Shown in pieces: positions 12,946-26,638 of a stretch of DNA of 64,000 nucleotides. Numbering within the stretch: the first letter of the stretch is position 1; each line of letters begins with the position of its first letter. The notes under the pieces are model-generated. The model made no database searches. It saw nothing but the letters and a program-made list of their open reading frames with translations, and was not told where the DNA came from. The stretch is from positions 16,306,001 through 16,370,000 of the forward strand of contig NC_087254.1 of NCBI RefSeq assembly GCF_037042905.1, written 5' to 3'. The position numbers were made by a program, and so were the translations under genes. Source of the stretch: Lytechinus pictus. Its lineage: Eukaryota.

Positions 12946-13455
12946 CAATGATGACAATGATGAAGATGGCAGTGATTTTGATGGCGGTGGTACGTGGTCA
13001 GTATGGTGGTGGTGCCCGGTGGTGATGATGACGATGACTGATGTAATATGATGAGGAGGAGGAAGGAGAGGGTACGTAATAATGATGAATATGATTTGAC
13101 TAACGAAGGTGATGATGATGGTGATCGAGGTGAAAGACGGAGGGTTGGATATAGTGATGTGATGATGGTCATGATGACGATCGATGATGATGATGATGAA
13201 GATGGTCATGACGACGACGATGAATATGATGATGAAGAAGATGATGATGGTGGTGGTGGTGGTGATGATGGTGATGATGATGATGATGATGGTGCATGAT
13301 GATGACGACACGACGATGATGATGCTGACGATGATTATAATGACCTCCACTATCACCATCGTCATCGCCAACGCACCGCCACTACCATTATCACCACCAA
13401 ACCACTACCATCATCATCGGTCATCATCAGCTTCATTCAGTGTCATTATCATCAT
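12945..13455. repeat. (GAT/GGT)n-type trinucleotide low-complexity region
   Basis: Long gatgatgat/ggtggt runs switching to cat/cac runs; these explain the spurious low-complexity ORFs here. Confidence 0.9.
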
Positions 13456-13843
13456 CTATCCACTCAGTCGGACTGGTTGCGTGCTAACTTAGCCTCCACC
13501 GGCCCAACCGGTCTAGTAAAAACTTGACAATTAGAAGCATTCGAATTATATGGCTTTTAAAGGGGGAGTGAACCAATACTGTGTTATTAATGACCAGTCT
13601 TAATGTACCTTATTTGCGATAACCGTAATACAGAGAATACCGGGAGAGAATAAAATAAGCTTATGATTCCATTGAGGGGAAAAGTACTTTGTTTGCTACT
13701 TGGTAAAATTATTGGGGCATGAATGTAGTGAAATATAGTGTGTTATAATTTAATCAGGCGCATATATTTCAAGAATACATCGGCTCAAAATGTACAAGTG
13801 GACTTGAGCTGATGCTCTAATTAAGCTGTTGGTTCGTTCATAA

Positions 13844-14360
13844 TAAAGGGGAAATTCACCCTGACGCAAAAGTTTGTTCTAAAAATAGCAGGAAAAATAA
13901 TAAAAAATATTAATTAAGGTTAATTGCGGAAAATACATTAAACATTAAGAAAATTATTAAAATTTAAAGTTATGGATTTGTGACGTCAGAAACGAGCAGC
14001 TATACCCCATGTGTTCGTATGCAATATGAAATGCATAAATTTCAATTTTCTAATGGTTCGTTATGACTTATTTTTGTTTTCTTTTTACATGTTTTAGAAA
14101 CGGGTGTGAAATGATTCTCTATTGATATACTGAAGGTGCAGTGAAAACCATTTTCTAAGAAAAGGACATTTCATTTATTGTTACCATGCGATATGCAATA
14201 AAGCTGCTCGCATATGACGTTACAAACCAAATAATTAAAATTCTTAAGGACTTTTTAATTCTTTGTTGGAATTTTCTCAAACTTGTTCGGCAATATTTTT
14301 TATTATTTTTTTATGTTAGTTTTACAATAAACTTTTTGTCAAGGTGAACTTCGACTTTAA
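13844..14360. mobile_element. Non-autonomous Kolobok-like DNA transposon (degenerate)
   Basis: Ends taaaggggaaattcaccctgac ... gtcaaggtgaacttcgactttaa; internally palindromic; TTAA-type flank. Confidence 0.65.
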
Positions 14361-15724
14361 GGCCATATATTCAAGGGATTTCAAAGAGAGTGATAAAAGT
14401 TATTTAAATAGATTAGAGAAAACATATAAGAAACGGATCAAAACTGAGATCCACACTTTTTGTGTTGTGAACAAAATACCTTATAATCTGTAAGAGGTTA
14501 ATCATCGGATCAATATTAGTGCAAGTGCGGTCCCAGAGATGGAGACTCGATTGGGGCCACCTGGCGTAAAGGGGGAGAGCAAAAAAAAAAGAATATGCCA
14601 AGTCCTATAACTTAAATAAATAATATAATAAGCTCACCCCTCGCTTTAGGCGATTATATATCAATGATTAAGCGCTGACTCTACGAGGGTAAACTCGAGC
14701 CATGTGCCCCCGGCCTTGGAGAAAAAGTTCAGTATACCCCTCCCCCATTAGTTAGTACTGCCCCTTTTAAAATTTGACATTGTTTAATTTATCATTGTCA
14801 TTCTTACAGGTAATATTTTTTTATCATAATATTTTTGTTGTTGTTCGGGAGTGCATCTGTTTGCTCGCCTGTAAATAAGAAACACATCGGTCTAATCTTC
14901 ACGGACCCTCATTTAGTATTGGGGAAGGTTTGATGAAAATCCACCAAAGTATAAAGTTATGAATTATTGAAGTTTCTATTTTATGATAAGAGACAAGCAT
15001 GCAAATCCTCCGTATATTGTGTATATAAATACAAAACAAGTTTCTATCTTTAAAAATGAAAGTGTTTTTTATTTGTGTGGTAGATAATAAACAGTTGTGA
15101 TCAAACATTTGTGAACCCCGCAACAAAATAAATGCACTCCTGTGTTGAATGTAGACAACAACACCACAATGTCTGGCGAGCGCCCCCCCCCCCCAAAAAA
15201 AAGAAGCTTTATTGAATGTAATATTTTATCACCTGACTTCACAATTAACTATCGAAAACGTGGAAGAACTTGAACTCTTTTTAATTATTCCAAAACTACT
15301 CAACGACAAATATAATTTCTCATCTTCTAAATATCAGAAAATGATTGAGAATACAATACACTGTATACATTTCAAGGATTAAAATTAATTCATATCGGCT
15401 GTAAATAGTGACCAAACGAATTAACTTTTAAATCTCAAAACTATCTATTAAAAGTGATCAGGATTAACTCTTAAATCTAAAAACTGTTCAAATATTTTAG
15501 CTTTATTCAATCCGGACGGTTGAATACGAAAAACTAATATTCGGTTGGATCTATTTTTTATTTTATTTAGAGTATACAGGCCATACAAAATCATACATAG
15601 TAATAGTATTTCTTTTCAATGAATCAGTAACTAATCTATTTTTATTTAATATAAGTATATACAGGAGCGGCGCCGTCTTTTGATACTGGGGCTAAGATGA
15701 CATACAGTATGTTGGGGTTGTTGG

Positions 15725-15970
15725 TGTTCTTTTTTTTCCTTCTTCTTCTCATCCTCGATCCTCCTCCCCCTCCTTCCAACCATCCGTCTTCTTCTCCTCT
15801 TCCTACTCCTCCTTCTCCCTCTCCCTTCCTTTCTTCCTCCTTCCTTCCTTCCTAAAATCCTTCCTCCTCCATCACTCCTCCCCGAGCTAGCTCCTCCTCG
15901 TTGTTCTTCTTCTCCCCCCCCCCCTGCATGCTCCTCTTCTTCTTCTCTTTCTTCTATTTCTTCCGTTTTC
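15725..15970. repeat. Pyrimidine-rich (CT/CCT/CTT) low-complexity tract
   Basis: Direct inspection. Confidence 0.85.
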
Positions 15971-16744
15971 ATTGTTTTTTATATATTCTTTTTCTCATCT
16001 GTTTTTTTTTTCTTCACTATTAATTTTTGCACTATTTGCCCCTGAAAATGTATGGTAAATGCCTTGTTCAATTTCAAATCTGGATACAGATCAATGTGTT
16101 GATGAGATGCTTTTGTCTGGAACCCGGTCTGGAAACTACAATATCCCCCTCTTACGTTAGTTTTTTTTGCAAAATACGAAACTTTCTTTTATTTCCAAGA
16201 GTACCACGTGCACGGAATTAAATTATTTCCATAGATGCCCCATAGAATTAAAGATTGTGAATTGTGCGTGATATTTCACTTTATTACAGGGAACGTAAAA
16301 TTAAGCATGACTGCCTAATTATTGCCATGCATTATGTTTACATTGCATTTTCATCCTTGAACAGCCGGCCCCGATCGTCGTAACATATCATTTGGGTACC
16401 GCGGGGGCCCCGGGTACATGCACCCTTTTAATTGATAGTTTGGTACATTAATTATTGTGCTTGTTAATATTCACATTTTAACAGTTCATGCCCGGTCTTT
16501 CTATGGAGAAATCTTCAATGTCCTCACTATGATCAGATCCGCACGCCCTTTTCAATCTGTGACGATCACGAGTCTATATGCGCGTGCGGCGAACACAGTA
16601 ATTTTCCCGTTGTTCGCAGAACGCCCCTTATACCCACCCATATATTATGTGTTATCAATCCCCACACAAAATTATTATATTAAACGCAATGAAGGAGTAT
16701 CTCTGAAATAGCTCAGACTTGTTTTATTTAATCAATTTGGTAAT

Positions 16745-17470
16745 ATTATATCGGTTCAGAAAATAAACTACATTAGACTTCATTCCAATTAACGTTCCCA
16801 CGATACTTAGTTTAATTAGATTCGAAATTTGAAATACACAATTTTTGTTACTTTTTCCCATTATCTTGTCGGTCACCGATTCCGAAATGTTCCGATTTTT
16901 ACTGAGTGACAAAATACGGAACTGAGCCAAAAAAGACTGCAGCAAATGAAAAAAGTTCTACGGGTCTCGCTTTGTCATGACTTTAATTAATAATTAATTT
17001 AAACTGTTTCAAAGTTTCTGTAAACAAGATTTAATAAAAAGTTAGGTGAGAGCTTTAAATCAAAATAATTCTTTTTTGGAGGTATGGTTTCTTCCCTATA
17101 AGGCTATATTATATCGATTCAGAAAATAAACTACATACATTAAGACTTCATTTTAATTAATAACGTTCCCATTTTTTATACTTAGTTTAATTAGGTTCGA
17201 AATTTGAAATACACAATTATATTGTTACCTTTTCCCAGACTTCTCGGTCACCGAAGTGTTCCGAATTTTAATGAGTGACAAAATACGAAACCGAGTAAAA
17301 AAAATGCAGCAAATGAACATGATTAAGCTTTAGCAAATAATTCAATTGCAAATAAAGTTAATCTAAGGATCTTGCTTTGTCATGACTTATTTCAAAGTTT
17401 CTGTAAGCGAGATAAAAAAAGTTATGCGAGAGATTAATCAAAATGATTCTTTCTTGGAGATTTGGTGGCT
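16745..17470. repeat. ~360-bp direct tandem duplication of the H2B 3' flank
   Basis: 16745-17090 aligns with 17107-17470 (tattatatcg.ttcagaaaataaactacat ... tcggtcaccga ... tcaaagtttctgtaa ... aatcaaaat.attcttt.ttggag). Confidence 0.85.
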
Positions 17471-17482
17471 CTGATAAGAGCC
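17448..17482 (-). promoter_or_regulatory. Histone 3' stem-loop plus histone downstream element (U7 site) of H2B
   Basis: Minus strand reads GGCTCT-TATC-AGAGCC ACCA ... CAAGAAAGA. Confidence 0.95.
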
Positions 17483-17509
17483 GTTTGGTAAATAAGGCGC
17501 AAACCAAAT

Positions 17510-17881
17510 TTACTTGGATGTGGTGTACTTGGTGACGGCCTTGGTGCCCTCAGAGACGGCGTGTTTGGCCAATTCACCGGGGAGGAGGAGACGGACAGCG
17601 GTCTGAACCTCACGGCTGCTGATGGTGGACTTCTTGTTGTAGTGGGCAAGACGGGATGCCTCACCGGCGATGCGCTCGAAGACATCGTTGACGAAGCTGT
17701 TCATGATGGACATGGCACGGCTTGAGATACCAGTGTCGGGGTGAACCTGCTTCAGAACTTTGTAGATGTAGATTCCGTAGCTTTCCTTTCGCTTCCTCCT
17801 CCTCTTCTTGTCTCCGCTAGGCCTGGGGGCCTTAGCCTTCTTCGATCCCTTCTTTCCAGCGGTCTGAGCTTTGGCAGGCAT
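17510..17881 (-). CDS. H2B: Histone H2B, late (sea urchin) type, 123 aa
   Basis: [54 protein letters not shown]...KYTTSK; intronless; stem-loop 3' end. The true ATG is at 17881, not the ORF-track start. Confidence 0.98.
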   Translation of the reverse strand: MPAKAQTAGKKGSKKAKAPRPSGDKKRRRKRKESYGIYIYKVLKQVHPDTGISSRAMSIMNSFVNDVFERIAGEASRLAHYNKKSTISSREVQTAVRLLLPGELAKHAVSEGTKAVTKYTTSK

Positions 17882-17930
17882 GACGATTAAGATTCTTACG
17901 AATACTGACAATCAACTGAATGCGACGAGT

Positions 17931-18135
17931 ATTTATATCAAACGCTGGGTCCGAAAGCACCGGGTGCGTATGTAAATTAGGACCGTGTGCGCTCTAGCGT
18001 TCGCCAATCAAGACCAGCGAGTGACCCAGAGCTGTGTAGTGCGCAAGCGCTGTTCAATTACGTATGCAAATAGAGGTGGCGGGGATACCCAACGGTTTTA
18101 CCCTTTGTTCGGTTGTTGAGTGGTGTATAAAAAAC
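17931..18135. promoter_or_regulatory. H2B promoter (TATA, octamer-like, CCAAT, octamer)
   Basis: TATAAAT on - at 17931-17937; ATGTAAAT at 17970; CCAAT at 18004; ATGCAAAT at 18064. Confidence 0.7.
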
Positions 18136-20208
18136 ATATAGCTCCATGATAAAAAAAGGTAGAGTGGTATATAATGTGTGAAATATTAAACGCTATGCAT
18201 ATTCTTTTTAAATGCATTGAAGTTATTTCATTTATGAAATGTCAAACGAAATGATTTTATCAAGTCATATATCAAATTTATCGAAGCACACATGCAGGGT
18301 TCTGCAGTTATTGTGTATTTGTGATATCTTCTATTTCTTAAAACTTTTGTCGACATGACTGTTTTTTAAAACTTCATTTTTTATTTATGTATGGGCTTAT
18401 GTTTTAAATTTAAGTATCACAACACAAGTTTCATGTTGTTTTTGTCTTTTTTACTTCTCGACGGTCTTGTCCACAATCATGTATCGGAAGGGCTACTATT
18501 ACCAATACTATAGGCCTATAATACATGTTCACTTTGAATAAATGTTTAATTGACTGAAGTCATATTGGAAAGATCGAGCTATATATTTTGAGAAATTTCA
18601 TTTTCAATCATGTGATCAGATAAGAACATTTTAAATTCGTCTAGGTTTTGGAAGATTTCGTCAACTGGATTTGGAGGTACACCAAAGAAGACACTACTTG
18701 AAACCCTGGGATTCTTGAAACCAAAATTCTTAATTAGATTCATAATGTTGTATGCTATAATGGCCTTATTACATTGGTCGATCAGCTAGATTTACCAACA
18801 ATTTTTGGCAGGACCAAAGAAACTAGAATTCATATATTTTGGCCAATAATTAAGTCTATAAACCTTGATCAAAACTAAAAAACAGTATCTTAATTGTATC
18901 AAGGTCATGAAATCGTCACTAATTTCATCATTATCAATATTTTTGGTAGTGATAAAAACTGGGTTGTATGTCAGACAAAAGTCCCGATCGAGAGATGGGT
19001 CACATACTGCATGGCAAATTTCAGATTTTATACACGTAACATGCTCACTCGGGAGATTTTTTTTTATATAGCCCAAACATGTCAAAAATTAATGATTGAT
19101 ATTTGGAGTCAAAATGGGCTATGCATATAGTTTACGTATAAGATTCATGGCCGCGTGCGTACAAAACATCGCCGAATCTATGAAGTAGGAGAATTTTGCA
19201 CTCCTGTAGCGTTAAAATGGCGCCGAAGTGAAAATTTAGCTTTGAACAAAATTATCATGCTGTTTTTCGATTTTATTAAAAGGCAAATTTGCAGTTAATG
19301 GCAAAGGAATAAACTGGCCTTTATACATGTTATATGTTTTCACCAACCCCAGTTAGTATATTTGGCCCGATATTTGGTCGCATTTCATAAGTTGGGTATG
19401 CAAAAAGCCAAGTGTGGCGGATGAACAATTTTCCCCACGTTGCCTTGGATAAATTGTTACTACATCAGATCTTGACCAAATTTATTGAGTATAAGATCTT
19501 ATTTTGAAGCTAGAACTATAGGCTAAACATATTACTATTAATTAGATCAGTACAATATCAGAAACAAAAACTATATAGCACGTAAAGTTTGAAGTAACAG
19601 GGGTGGCGGAGCCGGTGGATGCGGTGAATGATGGAATGTTAATTAAATAACAACTTGATATAATAATTATGTAATATGTTTCTAGGCATTTTAAAATCAG
19701 GGAACAACTAAATGTTATATAAAATTGACAATTTTGAAAATATGAAGGAATGAAATACATGTGTATGTCAGCTCTGATCTGCAACCTAATCATTAGTAAA
19801 CTGGAGATATTTGGTTGATTATCTAATTTGTAAACTTAATTTTTAGTACAAACGTTGTGTAATATCATTGCAACAAACATTTATACCAATGATGTAGTCA
19901 TTTTTCCAAGCATATACATTGGGGCAAAAATGTTAAATTAAATATTGTTAATTAATTAGTGTACTTAATATGCATATAATAACAGATAATTATTTGATTT
20001 TTTTTGTTACAGATTTAATTATTAATGTTTCAAGATTAAAAGTGCAAAATATTATAGGGTGATCCAATGTTGCAGTAACTTTTGACACCATTTTATGTGC
20101 AGCAGGTCCAATTTGAGAAAAATCCATTTCAAAATTCATATTTACATCGACTTCTATGTAGTAATTAGCTGATTAGTCATTTTAAGGAAAAAATAAGGTA
20201 TTTGAGAC

Positions 20209-20807
20209 TTAAAGGACAAGTCCACCCCAACAAAAAGTTGATTTGAATAAAAAGAGAAAAATCCAACAAGCATAACACTGAAAATTTCATCAAAATCGGA
20301 TGTAAAATAAGAAAGTTATGACATTTTAAAGTTTCGCTTAATTTCACAAAACAGTTATATGCACATCCTGGCTGGTATGCAAATGAGGAGACTATGACGT
20401 CATCCACTCACTATTTCTTTTGTATTTTATTACACGAAATATGAAATATTCTAATTTTCTCCTCATTGTCAAGTGATACAACGATTAATTCCTCCCTGAA
20501 CAGGTGAAATTAGCATTGTTTAATACTATATGGTTCAGTCAAGTTGGTCCTTATTGTCAAATCTATAACAAATTAAATATTGTATAATTCAAACAATAAA
20601 AAACAAAAGAAAAAGTGAGTGATGGACATCATCGACTGACTCACCTATTTGTGCATATCACTGTTTTGTGAAAAATAAGTGAAACTTTAAAATGTCATAA
20701 CTTTCTAATTTTACATCCGATTTTGATGAAATTTTCAGCACTATGCTAGTTTGATTTTTCTCTTTTTATTCAAGTCAGCATTTTCCTGGGGTGGACTTGA
20801 CCTTTAA
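20209..20807. mobile_element. Non-autonomous Kolobok-like DNA transposon, TTAA target duplication
   Basis: ttaa-aggacaagtccacccca ... tggggtggacttgacct-ttaa with long subterminal inverted arms. Confidence 0.85.
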
Positions 20808-21445
20808 AACTTTGTCATTATTTACAGAATGGTAATACCTATAACATATCATTTTTTTGGACCAATTTTACCGTTCGCGAAATTGGACCACCTTATGACA
20901 TGCGACCATTTGCATGAGAAGTGTAGGTTTTTGCATGGACCTATTGCGTAATAGGTCCATGGTTTTTGTAATAGGTTTATCACCGTTTTTCTTCTTTCTC
21001 TCTGAAATTCAACTGGGAATCGTCGCGTGTGCCTGTAATCCAAGTCACGTCTGCGTCTTTCGGGCGTCAAGATTACAGGTCTGACAATGGACCTATGTAT
21101 ATTGGCCGTGTGGGTCTATAACTATTGTTTTATTGCGCTTCACTGCTAAAATATTGGAACGGTAACCGTTTTTGTTCTTGGGAATTAAGAATTTTTTTTA
21201 AACATCCAATCTCATTGGAATTCTAGTGAGCGACTACAGGGAAGTTTACTTTAGGATTAAAAAAAAATACCCTACGGATATGATCTAAACTATAGACTAT
21301 AGTAAAGTCTGATTAAAGACAATATTGCCTTATTGGAACCAAATGGAAGCCTTAGCTGTGGTGTGTTCATTAATTTAATTTCTTCCCAACCCTCTCACTA
21401 GGGCCCGTACATAATTATAACACATAAAGAGACATTCAAATTGTT

Positions 21446-21480
21446 TCTTTCTTGAATATTTGGTGGCTCTGAAAAGAGCC
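21446..21480 (-). promoter_or_regulatory. Histone 3' stem-loop plus downstream element of H4
   Basis: Minus strand reads GGCTCTTTTCAGAGCC ACCA ... CAAGAAAGA. Confidence 0.95.
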
Positions 21481-21513
21481 GGTTTTGTTGATGGGTTTGA
21501 AGAGATGAACTTC

Positions 21514-23289
<1,776 letters not shown>

Positions 23290-23318
23290 GTCGTTTAACC
23301 TTGTTTGAACGCAAAACC

Positions 23319-23353
23319 GGCTCTTTTCAGAGCCACTAATTTTACAAGAAAGA
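23319..23353 (+). promoter_or_regulatory. Histone 3' stem-loop plus downstream element of H3
   Basis: GGCTCTTTTCAGAGCC at 23319-23334; CAAGAAAGA at 23345-23353. Confidence 0.95.
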
Positions 23354-25111
23354 CACAATCTGATTTTTATTAAGACTAGTGTTCATGAATAACTTTTTAA
23401 TAAAAATTAATTCTTGAAATGATGGGCATCATAATAAATGTCAATCAGTGAGTAAGAAAGGGGTGAAATTTATTTTTTTAAATATCAGTAGGTCCCTATC
23501 ACATTTCGTGATTTTGACAAATGGAATTTTGTAATAAAATTATAAAAAGTTTGATTTTGCTTTCTCACACGAAGTAAATTTCACGCGATACGCAATATAT
23601 CAGTCTAGGCTATAGCCCCCTCAGAGTCAAAATCAATAATTTTGGCTCATCGCCAATTAGGCAATGGCACGGTGAGTGATCATGATATCCCGGGCTGATA
23701 TCTAGGTTGGTTAAAAAAAGAGGCAGAGAAAGGGTAAGAGAAATTTGCATACTTTTCTCATCGCTCGCATTTTTTTGACGTCACGCGAAAGTTTCAATTT
23801 TCTACAACGTCCAGTCCAAATCTGTATAAAAAGAAGGGGACGGTAGCAGGTTGTATACCATTCCCCCATGTTTTAATAACAGAACGCATTCATGAAACCA
23901 TTAGGTGACAGTCCGTGATGAAACTATAGCATGTGGGATCAGAGGCTGCGGGGGGGAGCGTGATACATCGAGAAGAGAAAAAATTGTTTTAAAAAATATT
24001 TTAATTTCTTCTCTTTCAAATCAATAAGTTTACAAACACAATTCATAAATATATCAAGATTTTGTACATGCATACGACATAAAGAAATATATCAATGAGA
24101 TTACAAATTTTCAGAATATTACACATGAAATTAACTGCCCAATTTCTCTTCCATAATTATATGAAAACAACTATTTTCAAGTGCGCCCCCTTGTTCTGCT
24201 GCCTATGCACAAATGAAACGGCGCTATATTCCCTGATCTGAATACTCAGTGGCTATAAAAATAGCATACTCGGGGCCGGGGTGAAACGATATTTTTTTTT
24301 TTTTTTTTTTTATTTATTGAATATTTTTATTCTTCCAGCGACATCAACATTCGCAAAAAACAAATAAACAGTGAAATGAACATGAAATTAAAAAATGACC
24401 ACTTCATTTACATGCATATCACACAGAACAAAGAATTGATAAATGTCCATATATACAGCCATATAGACCCCCGAGATAAGATTTATAAACCACTTCAATG
24501 AATATAACTTCTCTGGCACATTCCTACTTCTCTTTAAATGAAAGAATGATTAAGAAAATAAATGTGAAAAAGGGGGAAAGACAGCCATAGGCGGCGGAAA
24601 TTTTAGGTGGGGGACGGTCCCCCCTAAATGTTTTGTTGATAACCTTTTTTTTTTTTTTTTTTTTTTTTTGCTTGCGTCCCCCCTAAAATTGTTGGTTGAT
24701 AACCTTTTTTTTTTTTTGCTCGTCAAATTTTATTGTGGTCCCCCCTAAAATTTTTGGCTTCTGCCGCCAATGCAACATCCCAACACAAAACGAAAATTAA
24801 TTCAAATCCTTCTCCTTCGATCAGCCCCTCCCACACATATTTTAGCCGCCTCCTCTCACTAAAATACCTACCAGCTCATTCCCCCATTCCCATAGAACGG
24901 GTCCTTCTCAGGTATGAAAGAGGCACAGAACACGTTCTTGAGGGACACTTTTGGGGGGTAAAAAAGGTACTGATTCGAGAAAAGGGCACCTACAAGAAGG
25001 CAAGGGGACACTTGCTCACATATAACATGGGTCCTACTCAGGTGAAAGGGGCACAGAACACGTTCGAGATGGGGCATTTTTTGTAAAAACTGGCACTTAT
25101 ATAATTATGGT

Positions 25112-25727
25112 CAGTGGCGTATCTAGGACAAACAGCGCCCGGGACAAGTAGCTAATATCGCGCCCTTTTCAAAGTATATAATATATAAACACACGACCAG
25201 ACAAAATAAAACATATAATACCAATGAGAGTGCAAATATGTTTTCAATATCAAGACGTTAAGACAGAATGTTCTATTTTTTGTCATCATAAAGTTCGTAT
25301 CTGACTTAACAATGAATGCGAGCTCGAAGCGCGAGCTGAAAATTATTGATATCATACAAGAAAAAGGAACATATAAAAAGTCCCTTTTTAGAAATTCTCA
25401 TTAAATAAATTCACATAATACGAGGGCGAAGCGCGGGCCTCTTTTTTCAGTATTAGGATCTAAAGACTGAATATTCCAAGCACCTTTTGCAATCGTTAAA
25501 AATGATGCATATCTAAACAATTAATGCGAGCGCAAAGCGTGAGCAGAAAATTATTTATATTTAGACCTGAAATCGGGAATTCAAGGGAGAAGTAATCCCA
25601 CGATGCGTATATAAGGGGTGAGCTGAAATTTTTGATGTACTAACATGAAACGGGAAAATTTTAAGGACTATTTGTATGAATTCATGAAAAGTAAACGTAT
25701 CTCATCGGCGTAATGCGAGCGCGAAGC

Positions 25728-25767
<40 letters not shown>

Positions 25768-26638
25768 TATGTGTGAAGTTATACATGTACTACAGCTTTG
25801 GCAACTCTTTTATATTTAAATATTGTGTGAAAGAAATGGATATATACATATATATATAATTATATACACACGATGAAATAACGAAGTATGTCCCCCGTCA
25901 CGGAAAGAAAATAATAATCAAACTAAATGAAGAATAGTATAAAAGAATGCTCAAATAATCAACTTTAACTAGTTTCGTCTTTTTGAAGAATTAAAAACGA
26001 AACTAGTTATAGTGGAATATTTGAGCATTCTTTGACTATTCNNNNNNNNNNNNNNNNNNNNNNNNNNNNNNNNNNNNNNNNNNNNNNNNNNNNNNNNNNN
26101 NNNNNNNNNNNNNNNNNNNNNNNNNNNNNNNNNNNNNNNNNNNNNNNNNNNNNNNNNNNNNNNNNNNNNNNNNNNNNNNNNNTTTTAATGATTTTGTAAA
26201 TATTAATGAAGAGGGTTTGTATCTCCCTTATCAAATCAGCGCTTGATGAAAGACTTTAACAATTAAACCAGAAAATTTTCAGAACTGTTTTTAAAAATTG
26301 ATGAAGAGCATGCAAACCCGCAGCAAGAGATGAAAAGTTATGATATTTGCGTTTGAAAAAGAAATAGGTAAGGACTGTTTGGCTGGAATTCTTGAAGAGT
26401 ATAAGTTTATCACTTAAAAGTTGGCACGAATATATCCCTGGGTAAAGACATGCAAGATTAATTTTCAAATTGAGTTGGAAACTGCATTACCGTGGAAATA
26501 GAACAGGACATATGGTTATCCTTCAATGATCATTCCTTTGCAGTTTTTTCTTCATTCCCCTTTCTTTATTTGCACCCCCTGAAATTGGCGCCCGGCCGGG
26601 GTACGTGACCCCCCTGCCCCTCCCTAGATACACCACTG
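25112..26638. mobile_element. hAT-like non-autonomous element inserted in another repeat (spans an assembly gap)
   Basis: TIRs cagtggcgtatctagg / cctagatacaccactg; near-perfect 8-bp flanking duplication attatggt / cttatggt. The flanks on both sides share aaaagggcac-type repeats. Confidence 0.75.
26042..26181. other. Assembly gap (N run)
   Basis: Run of N. Confidence 1.

Noticed and set aside
12731-13492. Several 80-210 aa ORFs with poly-M/D/I/H tracts
   Set aside because: Produced by (GAT)n microsatellite DNA; the same applies to 51980-52657 beyond the real 80-bp exon.
17467-17482. Non-canonical UAUC loop in the H2B stem-loop
   Set aside because: Loop positions 1 and 3 (U) needed for SLBP are kept, and A at position 2 is, as I recall, a known sea urchin variant.
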